From positions 34,114-98,113 of the IMG/VR virus record IMGVR_UViG_3300042393_000544: DNA of 64,000 nt. One strand, 5' to 3'. Source of the stretch: a virus. Taxonomy: Duplodnaviria > Caudoviricetes. Each line of letters starts with the position of its first letter. Within the stretch, counting starts at the first letter, position 1. Position numbers and translations under genes: made by a program. The notes beneath the pieces were generated by a model that saw only the letters and a program-made list of their open reading frames with translations, did no database searches and was not told where the DNA came from. Below are positions 1 through 9,888 of this stretch, one piece after another.

Positions 1-10
1 GAACATCGCG

Positions 11-3000
11 GTGATGCAGAAACTCGAGGACGTGAAGAACACGATCCCGCATGAGCTCACGCACACGCTGCAGCTCGGCAAGGGCGCGAACGTTAACCTT
101 GAGCGCGACCGCCAAGTCATGCAGCGTGCGCAAGGGTTGCCCGCTGCAACGCAACAAAGCGTGCTGCCTTCAACAAATCGTTTTGAGAACATGAAGGAAG
201 TCTGGGCGAACATCAACGCTCGGGCGCATGAGGTTAACGCAGCGGGCGGTGACTTCATCAACACACCCGAGGGCAGGGCGCTCTTCCCCACACCTGAGGC
301 GCAGCGCGAGTACTACACGAAGTCGATGCCGGGCGTGAACAGCATGACTCCTAGCACTGGCACATTTGTGCCGAATCGCCGATATGGTGAAGGCGGTGGT
401 GTATTTAACCCACAGGGGTCTGACTACGACTACCAGACGGCTCGCGCTTACGGCATGGGACAAGGGGACAACGGTCATTGGGGCTCGGTCGCACCCGCGT
501 CAGAAAGCGAGCGCAAGCTGCACGGCTTGCCCGAGGACAGCTACCTCATGCTCAAGGGCGCAGAGCACCCAACGTGGAGTAAGGCTGTTGAGGCAGAAGA
601 GTCTCGCGGCTCAAAAATCGTCAAGTACGGCGATCGCTACTACTCTGTGCCCAAGAAGGCCAACGGCGGTCAAGTGCAGCGTTTTGATGACGGCGGCGAA
701 GTCAGCCAGTCAGAGCTTGATCGCATGCGCTTCGAGATTGCACAACAACAGAACCCTAGCAGCCCTGTCATGCAGGCGACGCCACGCAGCCCGATACAGG
801 ACGCCATCGGCACGTTCGGTGGCTACATGGATCGTGCCGGCAAGTTCGTGAGCGAGGCGATTGCGCCGACCGCCGAGAAGCACCCGGTCAAGCATTTCCT
901 CGCGGATCTGATTCTGGCTTCGTCGCTCAAGAGCGCCGGCACCGCGCTGCAGGACTACACGGGCACCGCACGCGAGGCAGACGAGGACAACCCCGTGCGT
1001 GGCCTCATCGACAAGGACTGGCGCAAGCTCAGCACAGGCACCGAGCCGCTGCTCGACCCGCGGGCGCTGGACATCGCGGGCTTTGCAACACCAGTCGTCA
1101 GGGGTGCAACGAAGCTTGCCCGAGTGGGTGCGAAAGCCGTTGCCCCGTTTGCAACGAGGGTCGACGACATGGTGCGTGAACTCAGCGCGTCAGGCGCGAT
1201 CCCGCAGCCGGGTCTATCTATCAAGGATGTCACCCCCAAGGTGCTCGCCCCCGCCAACGCGCAGGGGTTCTACTCGCCGACCGAGGCGGCGGCATTGAAC
1301 CTGCAGCGCCAGTCTGGCAGCGGGCAGGCGTTGCTAAATGACATATTAAAGGGCGAGAACGTGCGCGCGGAGGAGGTCAGCGGGATGGGGCTCGATACGT
1401 TCTTGAAGGACAAGCCCAACGCTACGGCCGCCGAGGTGCAGGACTACATCGCCAAGAATAAACTACAACTGGGCGACAGGACCTACAAAAAAGAAAACGT
1501 GACGTGGGGCAAGAATGAAAACGGCGAGATAGTCACTGAGAACTTGCCGAACCCGTACACGATTTCAAGCGAGTACGGTAAGACGTACATCACCAATTCC
1601 AAAAACAATACGTTAGGCATAACGTTTAAAAACGAGGCAGAAGCTAAGAAGTACATCGAGGACTTGGTCGTCGATGACGCCCTGCTGCCCAACGACCTGA
1701 AGTGGGCGCAGTGGTCACTACCCGGTGGCGAGAACCACCGCGAAGTCACCCTGAACCTGCCAAGCGGCAAGCGCGAGGACATGGTCTACAAGGAGCAGAG
1801 CCTTGAAGCGCTCAAAAGAGGGGCGCTAGATTACGCGGCAATGGGCGACCTCAGCAGCGCCAAGCAGCTCTCAACAAGAGCCGAGAAGCTCGAGCGCGAG
1901 ATCGAGCAGTTAAAGCGTCAACCACAGAACCGCACGCCCGAGTTTCCCAAGCAAGCCGAGATTGATGACTTAGACGCGCGCATGGCGCAGCTAAAGGCCG
2001 AGGGTAATCGTGAAGAATTTGGCAAGCTACAGAGTGAAAGAACCGAGCTGCGTGCTGAGCGCAGTGCGTACTTAGCGCGCGAAGAAGCGCGGCTTCAAAA
2101 GGAAGCATACGCAAATCAATTCCGCGAATCGCACTGGGAGGACCCCAACGTGCTTGCCCACCTGCGCATGAGCGACCGCGTGACCGACGGCAAGAAGACG
2201 CTGCTGGTCGACGAGTTGCAGTCCGACTGGCACCAGAAGGGGCGTGAGCGCGGCTACAGGGGCGATGAGATTGACACCAAGGGCTGGACGGTCGAGAGCC
2301 TCTACGTCACCAAGCCGGAGGAGGTCGCCGTATATGACGCCCGGGGTAAGGAAATCTGGGCGGGTAAGTCAAAAGGTGACGAGGCACAGACCATAGCAAA
2401 GGTCGTGGAGGAGTTAAAGAAGAAGCAGGTACCACAGGCACCCTACAAGGACGACTACTACCAGCTCGCGTTACGCCGTGCTATTAAAGACGCGATTGAC
2501 GGCGGCTACGACCGCGTGGCGCTGCCCACGGGTTCGCGTGTGGCCGAGCGGTTTGGCACGGGTAGTCGCATCGATCGTCTTGACTACAACAAAAACTCCG
2601 ACGGCACCTACGGCATGTCGGCCATCAAAAACGGCCGCGAAGTCGCCGCAAGGGAGTACCTTAGCGAGGACGAGTTCTTCGGTCTTATTGGCAAAGATAT
2701 TGCAAAAAAAGTTGTTGACGAGGAGGGTGGTGTATCTAAAGAGGTTAAGGGTCGTTGGGGACCTGATGACGACTACTTTGAAAATTTCAAATCGCTTACA
2801 GGCCTTGACCATGTTATTGGCGGCAAGGGCATGAAGAAGTACTACGACGAGATTTACCCCGGCTACCTCAAGAAGTTTGGCAAGAAGTACGGCGCAAATG
2901 TTGGCAACACAACCGTTGACGCTGACGGCGTGGCCGAGCCTTTGTTCTACATGGACATCACTCCTGCGATGCGCAAGGAGTTCAGCACTGGCATTCACAT

Positions 3001-3073
3001 GAAGCGTGGCGGCAAGGTGTCGTTCGCCTCAAATGTTGACGCGATGCGTTACGAATTAAATAAAAGGCAATAA
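11..3073 (+). CDS. Large multidomain virion cargo / polyvalent-like protein (may start upstream of the window)
   Basis: 1020-aa ORF just upstream of the portal. Has xxGG motifs (KANGG, FDDGG, MKRGG) and a C-terminal HLRMSDR...LLVDELQSDWHQ block seen in phage polyvalent proteins. Confidence 0.6.
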   Translation: MMQKLEDVKNTIPHELTHTLQLGKGANVNLERDRQVMQRAQGLPAATQQSVLPSTNRFENMKEVWANINARAHEVNAAGGDFINTPEGRALFPTPEAQREYYTKSMPGVNSMTPSTGTFVPNRRYGEGGGVFNPQGSDYDYQTARAYGMGQGDNGHWGSVAPASESERKLHGLPEDSYLMLKGAEHPTWSKAVEAEESRGSKIVKYGDRYYSVPKKANGGQVQRFDDGGEVSQSELDRMRFEIAQQQNPSSPVMQATPRSPIQDAIGTFGGYMDRAGKFVSEAIAPTAEKHPVKHFLADLILASSLKSAGTALQDYTGTAREADEDNPVRGLIDKDWRKLSTGTEPLLDPRALDIAGFATPVVRGATKLARVGAKAVAPFATRVDDMVRELSASGAIPQPGLSIKDVTPKVLAPANAQGFYSPTEAAALNLQRQSGSGQALLNDILKGENVRAEEVSGMGLDTFLKDKPNATAAEVQDYIAKNKLQLGDRTYKKENVTWGKNENGEIVTENLPNPYTISSEYGKTYITNSKNNTLGITFKNEAEAKKYIEDLVVDDALLPNDLKWAQWSLPGGENHREVTLNLPSGKREDMVYKEQSLEALKRGALDYAAMGDLSSAKQLSTRAEKLEREIEQLKRQPQNRTPEFPKQAEIDDLDARMAQLKAEGNREEFGKLQSERTELRAERSAYLAREEARLQKEAYANQFRESHWEDPNVLAHLRMSDRVTDGKKTLLVDELQSDWHQKGRERGYRGDEIDTKGWTVESLYVTKPEEVAVYDARGKEIWAGKSKGDEAQTIAKVVEELKKKQVPQAPYKDDYYQLALRRAIKDAIDGGYDRVALPTGSRVAERFGTGSRIDRLDYNKNSDGTYGMSAIKNGREVAAREYLSEDEFFGLIGKDIAKKVVDEEGGVSKEVKGRWGPDDDYFENFKSLTGLDHVIGGKGMKKYYDEIYPGYLKKFGKKYGANVGNTTVDADGVAEPLFYMDITPAMRKEFSTGIHMKRGGKVSFASNVDAMRYELNKRQ

Positions 3074-3075
3074 CT

Positions 3076-5628
3076 ATGGCTACTGAAATGCCAATCCCGC
3101 AAGACTACGGCCGCTTCATCCCGCCCGCGGCGCAGGGTGACAACGAGTTTGCAAGCAGCGAGTTCGGTGACACCGCGGAGGTCGATCTGTTTGATCAACC
3201 CGACGTCGAGGAGCAGGACGACGGCTCAGCGATTGTGCGTCTAGATGATGACACGCTGGGGCCAGAAGACTCACCGGACTTCTACGAGAACTTAGCCGAA
3301 AGCATCCGTGCGTATGACTTATCGGGCATTGCGTCTAAGTACATCGAGCTCGTTGAGAAGGACAAGGACGCCCGCGAGGGACGTGATAAACAGTACGAAG
3401 AGGGCCTGCGTCGCACGGGACTTGGGCAAGACGCCCCCGGTGGTGCGTCGTTTATGGGGGCGAGTAAGGTCGTGCATCCGATCATGGCCGAGGGCTGCGT
3501 GGACTTTGCGGCGCGAGCCATCAAGGAGCTCTTCCCACCAGACGGGCCAGTGCGCTCAAAGATTCTGGGCGAGGTGACTGAGCAGAAGACGATGATCGCC
3601 GAGCGCAAGCGCGATTACATGAACTACCAGTTGACCGAGAAGATCGAGGAGTACCGTGACGAGGAAGAGCAGCTCTTAACCCAGTTACCGCTCGGTGGCT
3701 CGCAGTACATGAAGATCTGGTACGACGAGAGCAAGCGTCGTCCGTGCGCCGAGTTCCTGCCGATCGATAACGTGTACTTGCCCTTTGCCGCGGCGAACTT
3801 TTACACCGCGAGCCGTGTGACCGAGGTCAACGACATCACGCAGGACGACTTTGAGGCTCGCGTCTCATCAGGTCTGTACATCGATCTAGATATCTACCGT
3901 GCGAGCCAAGAGCCTGAGGAGAGTAAGCCTGAGAAGGCGAACAACAAGATTGAGGGTCGCAAGTCAGAGTCTGACAACATCGACGGCGTGCGGCGCGTGT
4001 TCCACATCTACACTTGGATGGAGCTCGAGGACGATCAGAAGTCCAAGGGCGAGCGTGCGCCCTACATCCTGATGATCGATGACCTGTCATCCGAGGTTGT
4101 GGGGCTGTACCGCAACTGGGAAGACGGCGACGAGCTCATGACTAAGCTCGACTGGATCGTTGAGTTTAAGTTCATCCCTTGGCGAGGTGCGTATGCAGTG
4201 GGTTTGCCCCATCTTATTGGCGGTCTGTCTGCTGCTCTTACTGGCGCTCTGCGGGCTCTGCTTGATTCTGCTCATATAAACAACGCCCCCACGATGCTTA
4301 AGCTCAAGGGCGGCAAGGTCTCAGGGCAGAGCATTGTTGTTGAGCCCACGCAGGTCACGGAGATCGAGGGTGCGCCGGGCGTGGACGACGTGAGAAAGAT
4401 CGCGATGCCGATGCCGTTTAACCAACCCTCTGCGGTGTTGTTTCAGCTCTTAGGCTGGCTCACATCGGCGGCTAAGGGTGTGGTCACCACGGCCGAAGAA
4501 AAGATCGCTAACGTCACCTCTAACGCCCCCGTAGGCACCACGCAGGCGCTGATCGAGCAGGGTGCTGCGGTGTTCTCATCCATCCACGCGCGGCTGCACA
4601 CAAGCCAAGCACGGGTGCTCAAGATCATCGGGCGCTTGAACCGCTGGTACTTGGATGACAACCCTGACGAGATGAGCCAAGAGTTAGGCGTCACCTCAAA
4701 GGACTTTGAGAAGAACTCTGACGTTGTACCAGTGTCTGATCCCCACATCTTTGCGGAGTCACAACGCTATGCACAAGTACAGGCTCTCGCCGCACGCGCG
4801 CAGGCGAATCCAGACTTATACAATCGACTGGCTGTTGAAAAGCGAATTCTTAAGCAGATCAAGCTTCCTGATATCAATGAAGTGCTACCTGATCCGCAAG
4901 ACGTTAAGGAAATGAACCCCGCGCTTGAGAACGTCGCCATGACGCTTGGTAAGCCCGTGGGCGCGTTTCCCAACCAAGAGCACTTAGCGCACATGCAAGT
5001 TCACTTGGACTACGCCAAGGACCCTATGTACGGCGCAAGTCCTATCATGGCCCCGGTGTTTATCCCCGCGATGCTTGAGCACTTAAAGCAGCACTTGACG
5101 CTCTGGTACCTGAACTCGATGGACCGGTACGCATCCAATGCGCTAGGCGAGCAGTTTGACATCCTGAAGGTGCAACCCATCATTCAGGAGGCGCAGAAAT
5201 TGCTTGCAGCGAGCTCGCAGCACGTGCACCAAGACACGCAGCAGCAGTTTGCGGGTGTGGTGCCGATCATGCAGCAGATGATCCAGACCATCCAGCAACT
5301 CAAAGCGCAGCAACAGCCTACTGATCCGTCAGTGCAGGCGCTTGTTCAGACCCAGATGGCCGAGACTAACCGTAAGGCGGCCGATGATCAGGCTCGTTTA
5401 CAGCTTGATGGCGCAAAGCTCGCGGCAGATACGAAGGCCAAGCAGGAGAAGAACGTTGCCGACCAGCAGATTAAGGCGGCAGAGCTCACGCACGACATCA
5501 ACTTACTCACGCTTGAGCAGCAGCACGAAGCACAGCGTCAACAACTCGCAGCACAACAGCAACAACAATTAGCAGCACAACAAGCAGCACAACAATCCCA
5601 ACCTGAAGCACCACCCCAAGGAGTTTAA
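3076..5628 (+). CDS. Portal protein (P22-like)
   Basis: 850 aa with acidic N-terminus, VVHPIMAEGCVDF, GTTQALIEQG..VFSSIHARLH and a Gln-rich coiled C-terminus; lies before scaffold and capsid genes. Confidence 0.85.
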   Translation: MATEMPIPQDYGRFIPPAAQGDNEFASSEFGDTAEVDLFDQPDVEEQDDGSAIVRLDDDTLGPEDSPDFYENLAESIRAYDLSGIASKYIELVEKDKDAREGRDKQYEEGLRRTGLGQDAPGGASFMGASKVVHPIMAEGCVDFAARAIKELFPPDGPVRSKILGEVTEQKTMIAERKRDYMNYQLTEKIEEYRDEEEQLLTQLPLGGSQYMKIWYDESKRRPCAEFLPIDNVYLPFAAANFYTASRVTEVNDITQDDFEARVSSGLYIDLDIYRASQEPEESKPEKANNKIEGRKSESDNIDGVRRVFHIYTWMELEDDQKSKGERAPYILMIDDLSSEVVGLYRNWEDGDELMTKLDWIVEFKFIPWRGAYAVGLPHLIGGLSAALTGALRALLDSAHINNAPTMLKLKGGKVSGQSIVVEPTQVTEIEGAPGVDDVRKIAMPMPFNQPSAVLFQLLGWLTSAAKGVVTTAEEKIANVTSNAPVGTTQALIEQGAAVFSSIHARLHTSQARVLKIIGRLNRWYLDDNPDEMSQELGVTSKDFEKNSDVVPVSDPHIFAESQRYAQVQALAARAQANPDLYNRLAVEKRILKQIKLPDINEVLPDPQDVKEMNPALENVAMTLGKPVGAFPNQEHLAHMQVHLDYAKDPMYGASPIMAPVFIPAMLEHLKQHLTLWYLNSMDRYASNALGEQFDILKVQPIIQEAQKLLAASSQHVHQDTQQQFAGVVPIMQQMIQTIQQLKAQQQPTDPSVQALVQTQMAETNRKAADDQARLQLDGAKLAADTKAKQEKNVADQQIKAAELTHDINLLTLEQQHEAQRQQLAAQQQQQLAAQQAAQQSQPEAPPQGV

Positions 5629-5630
5629 TC

Positions 5631-5912
5631 ATGTCAGACGCAATTTCACAACACAAACGCATGGCAATGGGCGAGTCTGTGCCTATGGCTAAGGGCAAGT
5701 CAGTCATTCAAAAGTACGCCAAGGGCGGCGCAGTCATGGCAGAGGGCGGCGCAGCTAATCTGCCAGCAAGAGGCGGCGTTCTAGAGCCAATGAAATCAAC
5801 GGGCGCAAAGATTGCCAGCCTTAAAAAAGGCGGCGCAGTGCCTAAGAAGGGCATGGGCTTGACGATCGCCATTGGCATCCCAGTGCGCAAAGCGGCCGGC
5901 CGTGGTCGTTAA
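5631..5912 (+). CDS. Small basic protein with repeated xxGG motifs (putative head cargo)
   Basis: AGGAG RBS; YAKGG, MAEGG, LKKGG. Confidence 0.7.
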   Translation: MSDAISQHKRMAMGESVPMAKGKSVIQKYAKGGAVMAEGGAANLPARGGVLEPMKSTGAKIASLKKGGAVPKKGMGLTIAIGIPVRKAAGRGR

Positions 5913-6093
5913 CCCAGTCAGCGACCTGATCGGCAAGATAAAGGAGCGGCGCTTAGAGTTGGCGCTGTCGCTTGCTGACGGCTACGCGATAAATATTGAG
6001 TCCTATCATCGGCTTGTCGGAACGTATCAGGGCTTAGGTGAAGCTCTAGACATACTTGACGAGATTTTGACAGAGAAAGACGAAGATTTGTAA
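5872..6093 (+). CDS. Small helical protein between portal and groES (true start probably later)
   Basis: IESYHRLVGTYQGL helical pattern; position typical of this head module. Confidence 0.6.
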   Translation: MASQCAKRPAVVVNPVSDLIGKIKERRLELALSLADGYAINIESYHRLVGTYQGLGEALDILDEILTEKDEDL

Positions 6094-6237
6094 CGCCTTT
6101 AGCAAGCGGGGTCGGGCTTTTGATAAGGGTCACCGACCTAACCACTCGGCTTTAGAGTTGACGCCTCGGAAAGACGAGGATAACCGCGCCGAATGGCGCT
6201 TTTAACCAAGTGCCGAATGGCGCTTTAAGGAGTAGGT

Positions 6238-6648
6238 ATGAAGGACTTTGAGACCCTCGACGAGGCGTTCCCGCAGTGTGTGCACGGCATTACCCCACTG
6301 GGCGCTCGAGTGTTGTTACAGCTCAAAAGCGTCAAAAAAGCGAGTAAAGGCGGCATCATTCTAGTAGAAGAAACACGCGAAACTGAGCGTGCGCAGTCAA
6401 TGATCGGCAAGGTCTTAGCACTTGGCCCGATCGCATTCAAAAACCGTGACACTTTATCCGAATGGGGCGAAGGCATCTGGTGCCAAGTCGGTGATTACGT
6501 GCGCGTGCCTCGCTGGTCAGGCGATCGGTTCACGGTTCCCAACCCAAACAACGCAGAAGACCAAGTTTCGCTGCAAATCCTGAACGATTTTGAGTTATGG
6601 GCAAAGGTTGACCCTGACCAAGTCTTAACCATGAGGCAATTCGTATGA
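6238..6648 (+). CDS. groES: Phage-encoded co-chaperonin GroES/Cpn10
   Basis: PLGARVLL...SKGGIIL...GKVLALGP...VGDYV Cpn10 signature; AAGGAG RBS. Confidence 0.9.
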   Translation: MKDFETLDEAFPQCVHGITPLGARVLLQLKSVKKASKGGIILVEETRETERAQSMIGKVLALGPIAFKNRDTLSEWGEGIWCQVGDYVRVPRWSGDRFTVPNPNNAEDQVSLQILNDFELWAKVDPDQVLTMRQFV

Positions 6649-7595
6649 ACTCAACAGAAAAAATGGAAATGCAGGTTGACGAGGAGCAAGACGGCTCCGC
6701 GATCGCCCAGTTACCCGAGGGCGAAGCGCCCGAAGCCGAAGAAAAACCCGAACTTGCCGAGGGTGGTGAGGTCGAAACTAACGACGGGCTCGATTCTGAC
6801 CCCGATCGTGAGCAAATTCGTGCTGCCCGACGCGAAGAGCGCAAGCTCAAGAAGCAAATTCATCGTGAAAAGACCAAAGAATCCAGTCACCTTATCAACA
6901 ACTTAAGAACACAGAACCAGCAGCTCTCGGAGCGCTTAGCGCACCTTGAAAAGCGCACCTCGGGGGCTGAATTAGCGCGTGTGGACAAGGCGATTGACGA
7001 CACCGAGGTGCAGATCGAGTACGCAAAGATGAAAATGCGTGAAGCGGTCGCAAATCAGGACGGCGACGCAGTTGTTAAGGCTCAGGAGCTGATGTACGAG
7101 TCGCAACGCAAGGTCGAGTCGCTTAAATCTATCAAAGATCAGGCAACCCGGCAGATGTCGCAGCCACCTAAGCCCACGATGAACGTGCCCGACCCGTCTG
7201 TTCAGCGCAATGCCGCGGAGTGGATGGAGCGCAACCCGTGGTACGACCCACAGGCAAAGGACATGGACTCTGAAATCGCTCAGCGCTTGGACAAAAAGCT
7301 CACCGACGAGGGTTACGACCCATCTTCGCCCGATTACTGGGATGAGCTTGATGATCGCGTCTCAAAGTACCTGCCGCATCGCACCGGCAATGCTGCACCG
7401 CAACGTTCTGCCCAACGCCCACGCATGACGGGCTCAGGGCGTGAGTCTGCACCAACTGGGCGCGGTAACGAGTTCAGGCTCTCTGCGGATCGTGTGCAGG
7501 CAATTAAGGACATGGGCGCGTGGGATAACCCCGATCAACGCGCAAAGATGATCAAATCCTACGCAAAGTATGACCGTGAAAACAAAAGGAACTAA
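6645..7595 (+). CDS. Capsid scaffolding protein
   Basis: Acidic N-terminus, long coiled coil, WMERNPWY motif; upstream of capsid genes. Confidence 0.7.
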   Translation: MNSTEKMEMQVDEEQDGSAIAQLPEGEAPEAEEKPELAEGGEVETNDGLDSDPDREQIRAARREERKLKKQIHREKTKESSHLINNLRTQNQQLSERLAHLEKRTSGAELARVDKAIDDTEVQIEYAKMKMREAVANQDGDAVVKAQELMYESQRKVESLKSIKDQATRQMSQPPKPTMNVPDPSVQRNAAEWMERNPWYDPQAKDMDSEIAQRLDKKLTDEGYDPSSPDYWDELDDRVSKYLPHRTGNAAPQRSAQRPRMTGSGRESAPTGRGNEFRLSADRVQAIKDMGAWDNPDQRAKMIKSYAKYDRENKRN

Positions 7596-7597
7596 TC

Positions 7598-8125
7598 ATG
7601 GATAGCCGCTTAAAACGCAGTGCCGGCGAGAGCCGCAACAACCGCACCGAGCAGGACGCATCGCGTGCAGCGCCCGAGGAGAACTTTCCGATCGTGCGCG
7701 AGCGTCGTCGTGCGCGTAACGAGTTTCAGCAGACCGTGCTACCGAATATCCCCGAGATACCCGGATTTCACCTGTGCTGGCTCGCTACAAACAGCCAGTA
7801 TGACCCGATTCACCGCCGGTTTTCACTAGGTTACATGCCTGTACGCGCCGACGAGATGCCGGGCTACGACATGTACAAGGTCAAGGAAGGCGATCAGTCG
7901 GGCCACATCATGTGCAACGAGATGCTGCTTTGCAAGATGCCGATGGATGTTTATCAAGACATCATGCTCGAGCACCACCACTTCCAGCCGATGGACGAGG
8001 CCGACAAGATTCGCGTCGACCAAGAGCAACTCGTGAGCCAGCGCGACCGATCAGGCAAGGCGGCGGGTAGCATTGAGGGTAGCTTGCCAGATGAAAGTAA
8101 CGTGAAATTGCCACACTTTAGTTGA
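7598..8125 (+). CDS. Conserved phage head-module protein
   Basis: PEIPGFHLCW..GY.PV motif; AAGGA RBS. Confidence 0.6.
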   Translation: MDSRLKRSAGESRNNRTEQDASRAAPEENFPIVRERRRARNEFQQTVLPNIPEIPGFHLCWLATNSQYDPIHRRFSLGYMPVRADEMPGYDMYKVKEGDQSGHIMCNEMLLCKMPMDVYQDIMLEHHHFQPMDEADKIRVDQEQLVSQRDRSGKAAGSIEGSLPDESNVKLPHFS

Positions 8126-8129
8126 AATA

Positions 8130-8160
8130 GTTTTACTTTTTGTAAAAACGTATTAAAATC
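8130..8160 (+). promoter_or_regulatory. Probable promoter for the capsid operon
   Basis: AT-rich island ending in TAAAAT within a GC-rich region, ahead of a ~135-nt leader. Confidence 0.4.
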
Positions 8161-8296
8161 AGCATCAAGTCGCCCGTTTTGTATAAAGCGGGTGACAACA
8201 AAATTTAGTCCTAAAAATCATGTTTCAGATGATTTTGCCTGTAGCTTTGAAGAAAGCGAAAACATTATCCCTTTAACTGTTTTTTAGGAGCATCCT

Positions 8297-8884
8297 ATGA
8301 GTGCAACCTCTGCACCTTTTGGCCTGCGACCTGCGTATTTCCCAACAGGGTTGGAACGCGCACAAGCACTGGCTAATGGAATTACTTCAGGCTACGGCAC
8401 ATCAATCCTGAAGGGTCAAGCTGTTCAGTACTCGCCTAACGCTGGCGTCATCTTGCCAGTTCTGGACACAACAACCAACAGCGGTCAAGTCTCTGGTGCC
8501 TTCGCAGGCGTCGAGTGGACTGACACAACTGGTCGTCGCCGTGTCTCTAACTACTGGCCTGCAAGCACTACTGCAATCGCCGGTAGCGTCGTCGCCTATT
8601 TCTACAACGATCAGCAGATCGTCTACGAAATTCAGACTGACGGCACAATGGCTCAGACGGCAGTCGGCAACGAAGCCAATCTGAGCAACTTCACTGCGGG
8701 CTCAACAACTACAGGTCTGTCGCAAATGACCCTGTCAGCCTCCTTGGCTGGTTCAGGCTCTGCAGCCCAGTTCCGCATTGTTGATCTGGCTCCCTATGTA
8801 GACAATAACTGGGGTGACCCATACGTGATCGTTCGCGTACAAGTCAGCAAACCACAGTTCGTTGCTACTGTTAACGCTATCTAA
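8297..8884 (+). CDS. Capsid decoration / auxiliary head protein
   Basis: APFGLRP N-terminus, beta-rich, directly before the major capsid gene. Confidence 0.65.
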   Translation: MSATSAPFGLRPAYFPTGLERAQALANGITSGYGTSILKGQAVQYSPNAGVILPVLDTTTNSGQVSGAFAGVEWTDTTGRRRVSNYWPASTTAIAGSVVAYFYNDQQIVYEIQTDGTMAQTAVGNEANLSNFTAGSTTTGLSQMTLSASLAGSGSAAQFRIVDLAPYVDNNWGDPYVIVRVQVSKPQFVATVNAI

Positions 8885-8897
8885 GGGGGACTAGAAA

Positions 8898-9812
8898 ATG
8901 GCCGCTCCAATGCGCAGTACGGACTTCCGATCGATTGTTGAGCCAATCCTCAACGAATGCTTCGACGGAATCTATGACCAACGAGCCGATGAGTGGAGCA
9001 CAGTGTTCCGCGAGCAAATGGGCATCCCAAGAAACTACCACGAAGAACCCGTCCTGTACGGTTTCGGCGCGGCACCTCAGTTACCTGACGGCACCCCCGT
9101 CTCGTACCAGCAGGGCGGCGTGCTGTTCCTCCAACGCTATGTGTACAACGTTTATGGCTTAGCCTTCGCGTTGACCAAAGTCTTGGTTGAGGACGGCGAT
9201 CACATCCGTATCGGTCAGGTCTACGCTAAACACTTAGCGCAGTCGTTGATTGAGACAAAAGAACTGCTCGCAGCTAACGTATTGAACCGTGCGTTCAATA
9301 GCAGCTACGTCGGCGGCGACGGCGTCTCACTCACCAACACCTCGCACCCGATCGTAAACGGCGTGTTCAGCAACCAGCTCACGACCGCAGCTAACTTGTC
9401 GCAAACTTCGCTTGAGCAGATGCTCATCCAAGTGCGCCAAGCTGTGGACAACAACGGCAAGAAGATCCGTCTTCAGCCGCTGAAGCTGATCGTTGCACCG
9501 GGCAACGTGTTCCAAGCAGAAGTTCTGCTCAAGTCTGTGCTCCGTACCGGCACCGCCAACAACGACATCAACCCAGTCAAGTCGATTGGTCTGATGCCCG
9601 AGGGCGCTTCGGTACTGAGCCGTTTGACTTCAGCCACCAACTGGTGGGTGCAGACTGACGCGCCAGAAGGTCTGAAGTTGATGATGCGCCGTGGTCTTGA
9701 AAAGACTATGGAAGGCGACTTTGAGACTGACTCAATGCGCTACAAGGCAACAGAGCGGTACACGATTTCGTGGACTGACCCTCGCGCAGTGTACGGGACT
9801 CCCGGAGTCTAA
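8898..9812 (+). CDS. Major capsid protein (HK97 fold, Mu gpT-like)
   Basis: GGDGVSL...HP, LIVAP and DFETDSMRYKATERY..WTDPR motifs; followed by a terminator. Confidence 0.9.
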   Translation: MAAPMRSTDFRSIVEPILNECFDGIYDQRADEWSTVFREQMGIPRNYHEEPVLYGFGAAPQLPDGTPVSYQQGGVLFLQRYVYNVYGLAFALTKVLVEDGDHIRIGQVYAKHLAQSLIETKELLAANVLNRAFNSSYVGGDGVSLTNTSHPIVNGVFSNQLTTAANLSQTSLEQMLIQVRQAVDNNGKKIRLQPLKLIVAPGNVFQAEVLLKSVLRTGTANNDINPVKSIGLMPEGASVLSRLTSATNWWVQTDAPEGLKLMMRRGLEKTMEGDFETDSMRYKATERYTISWTDPRAVYGTPGV

Positions 9813-9820
9813 AGTAGAAC

Positions 9821-9851
9821 AGGGGCTAGCATAAAACCTAGCCCCTTTTTC
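9821..9851 (+). terminator. Rho-independent terminator after the capsid gene
   Basis: AGGGGCTAG-loop-CTAGCCCCT followed by a T run. Confidence 0.85.
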
Positions 9852-9888
9852 AATCAACCCGAGTGGTTCAAGCCACAGGAGATTAAAA

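Noticed and set aside
4295-4325. LKGG in the portal as an xxGG motif
   Set aside because: Lies within a folded conserved region and fits the pattern poorly; likely chance.
6094-6180. Possible tRNA in the gap before groES
   Set aside because: No TTCRA T-loop or acceptor stem; kept only as a structured leader.
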